Source: a virus
Taxonomy: Duplodnaviria; Caudoviricetes
IMG/VR virus record: IMGVR_UViG_3300033407_000074
Location: 1 to 35,685 of that record
Length of the DNA: 35,685 bases
Strand: one strand, 5' to 3'
In this document: one piece after another, positions 35,193 through 35,685 of the stretch
Layout: every line of letters begins with the position of its first letter
Position numbering within the stretch: position 1 is the stretch's first letter
Program-made: the position numbers and the translations under genes
Notes under the pieces: model-generated
What the model saw: only the letters and a program-made list of their open reading frames with translations
Told to the model about the DNA's origin: nothing
The model's database searches: none

Positions 35193-35685
35193 ATGGACCG
35201 TCAGTCTTTTTCACGCATGGTTCGACCGATGCAGCAGGCAATCTCCCGCCGCGCGGCTCGCGTCGTCGCGCGTCTTGTTGACGACACGACTAAATTGCAA
35301 ATTCTGCAAATTGGTATCATGGCCGGTGAAACGGCTGGCGGTGTCGAGCGTTTCCAGAATTACGGATTCACGTCAAAGCCGCTTGAGGGGGCCGAGGGTG
35401 TCGTCGTCTTTTTGGGCGGCGGGTCGGATCATCCGATTTGTATTGTGATGGATGACCGCCGGTATCGCAAAAATGATTTGGCGAGCGGAGAAACGGCGGT
35501 TTACAATCATGTCGGAGACTTCATTCACATAAAGGCCGATGGCTCTATTTCCGTGAAAGCATCTGCGTCAGTTGATGTTGATGCGCCGGAAGTCACGATG
35601 TCCGGCAACCTGACCGTCGCGGGGAACATCACTTCGACAACGGGCAACATTTCAGCGACGGCGGGCAATATCACGGCGCCAGCAG
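35193..35685 (+). CDS. Baseplate spike (Mu gp45-like), truncated by window edge
   Basis: Manual translation MDRQSFSRMVRP...VERFQNYGFTSKPLEGAEGVVVFLGG. Confidence 0.9.
   Translation, partial: MDRQSFSRMVRPMQQAISRRAARVVARLVDDTTKLQILQIGIMAGETAGGVERFQNYGFTSKPLEGAEGVVVFLGGGSDHPICIVMDDRRYRKNDLASGETAVYNHVGDFIHIKADGSISVKASASVDVDAPEVTMSGNLTVAGNITSTTGNISATAGNITAPA

Overview
The whole window is part of a temperate-looking dsDNA phage or prophage. The host is probably an alphaproteobacterium, judged from a Rhizobiales-type SSB, a GcrA homologue and a BTLCP peptidase. In order it contains: a leftward Cas4/RecB-like nuclease; a CI-like repressor whose S24 domain lacks the catalytic residues; a replication block (SF2 helicase, chimeric methyltransferase remnant, VRR-NUC nuclease, primase-helicase); accessory early genes (pentapeptide-repeat protein, BTLCP, SSB, many small ORFs); a c4-type antisense RNA module ahead of three antirepressor-like paralogues; an AT-rich intergenic region; an HNH protein; a probable cos region; GcrA; lambda-like terminase and head genes; and a Mu-like contractile tail cut by the window edge. 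No integrase or clear lysis cassette is visible. The strongest signals not explained by the gene calls are (1) a 16-bp palindromic motif, CCG(G/T)TA-W4-TA(A/C)CGG, with at least 13 copies at promoters, gene junctions and inside genes, and (2) a self-contained non-coding unit between terL and gpW, with a pseudoknotted RNA, a tRNA-fMet and a tRNA-like RNA. All protein calls come from motifs recognised by eye and all RNA folds were done by hand; no database searches were run.
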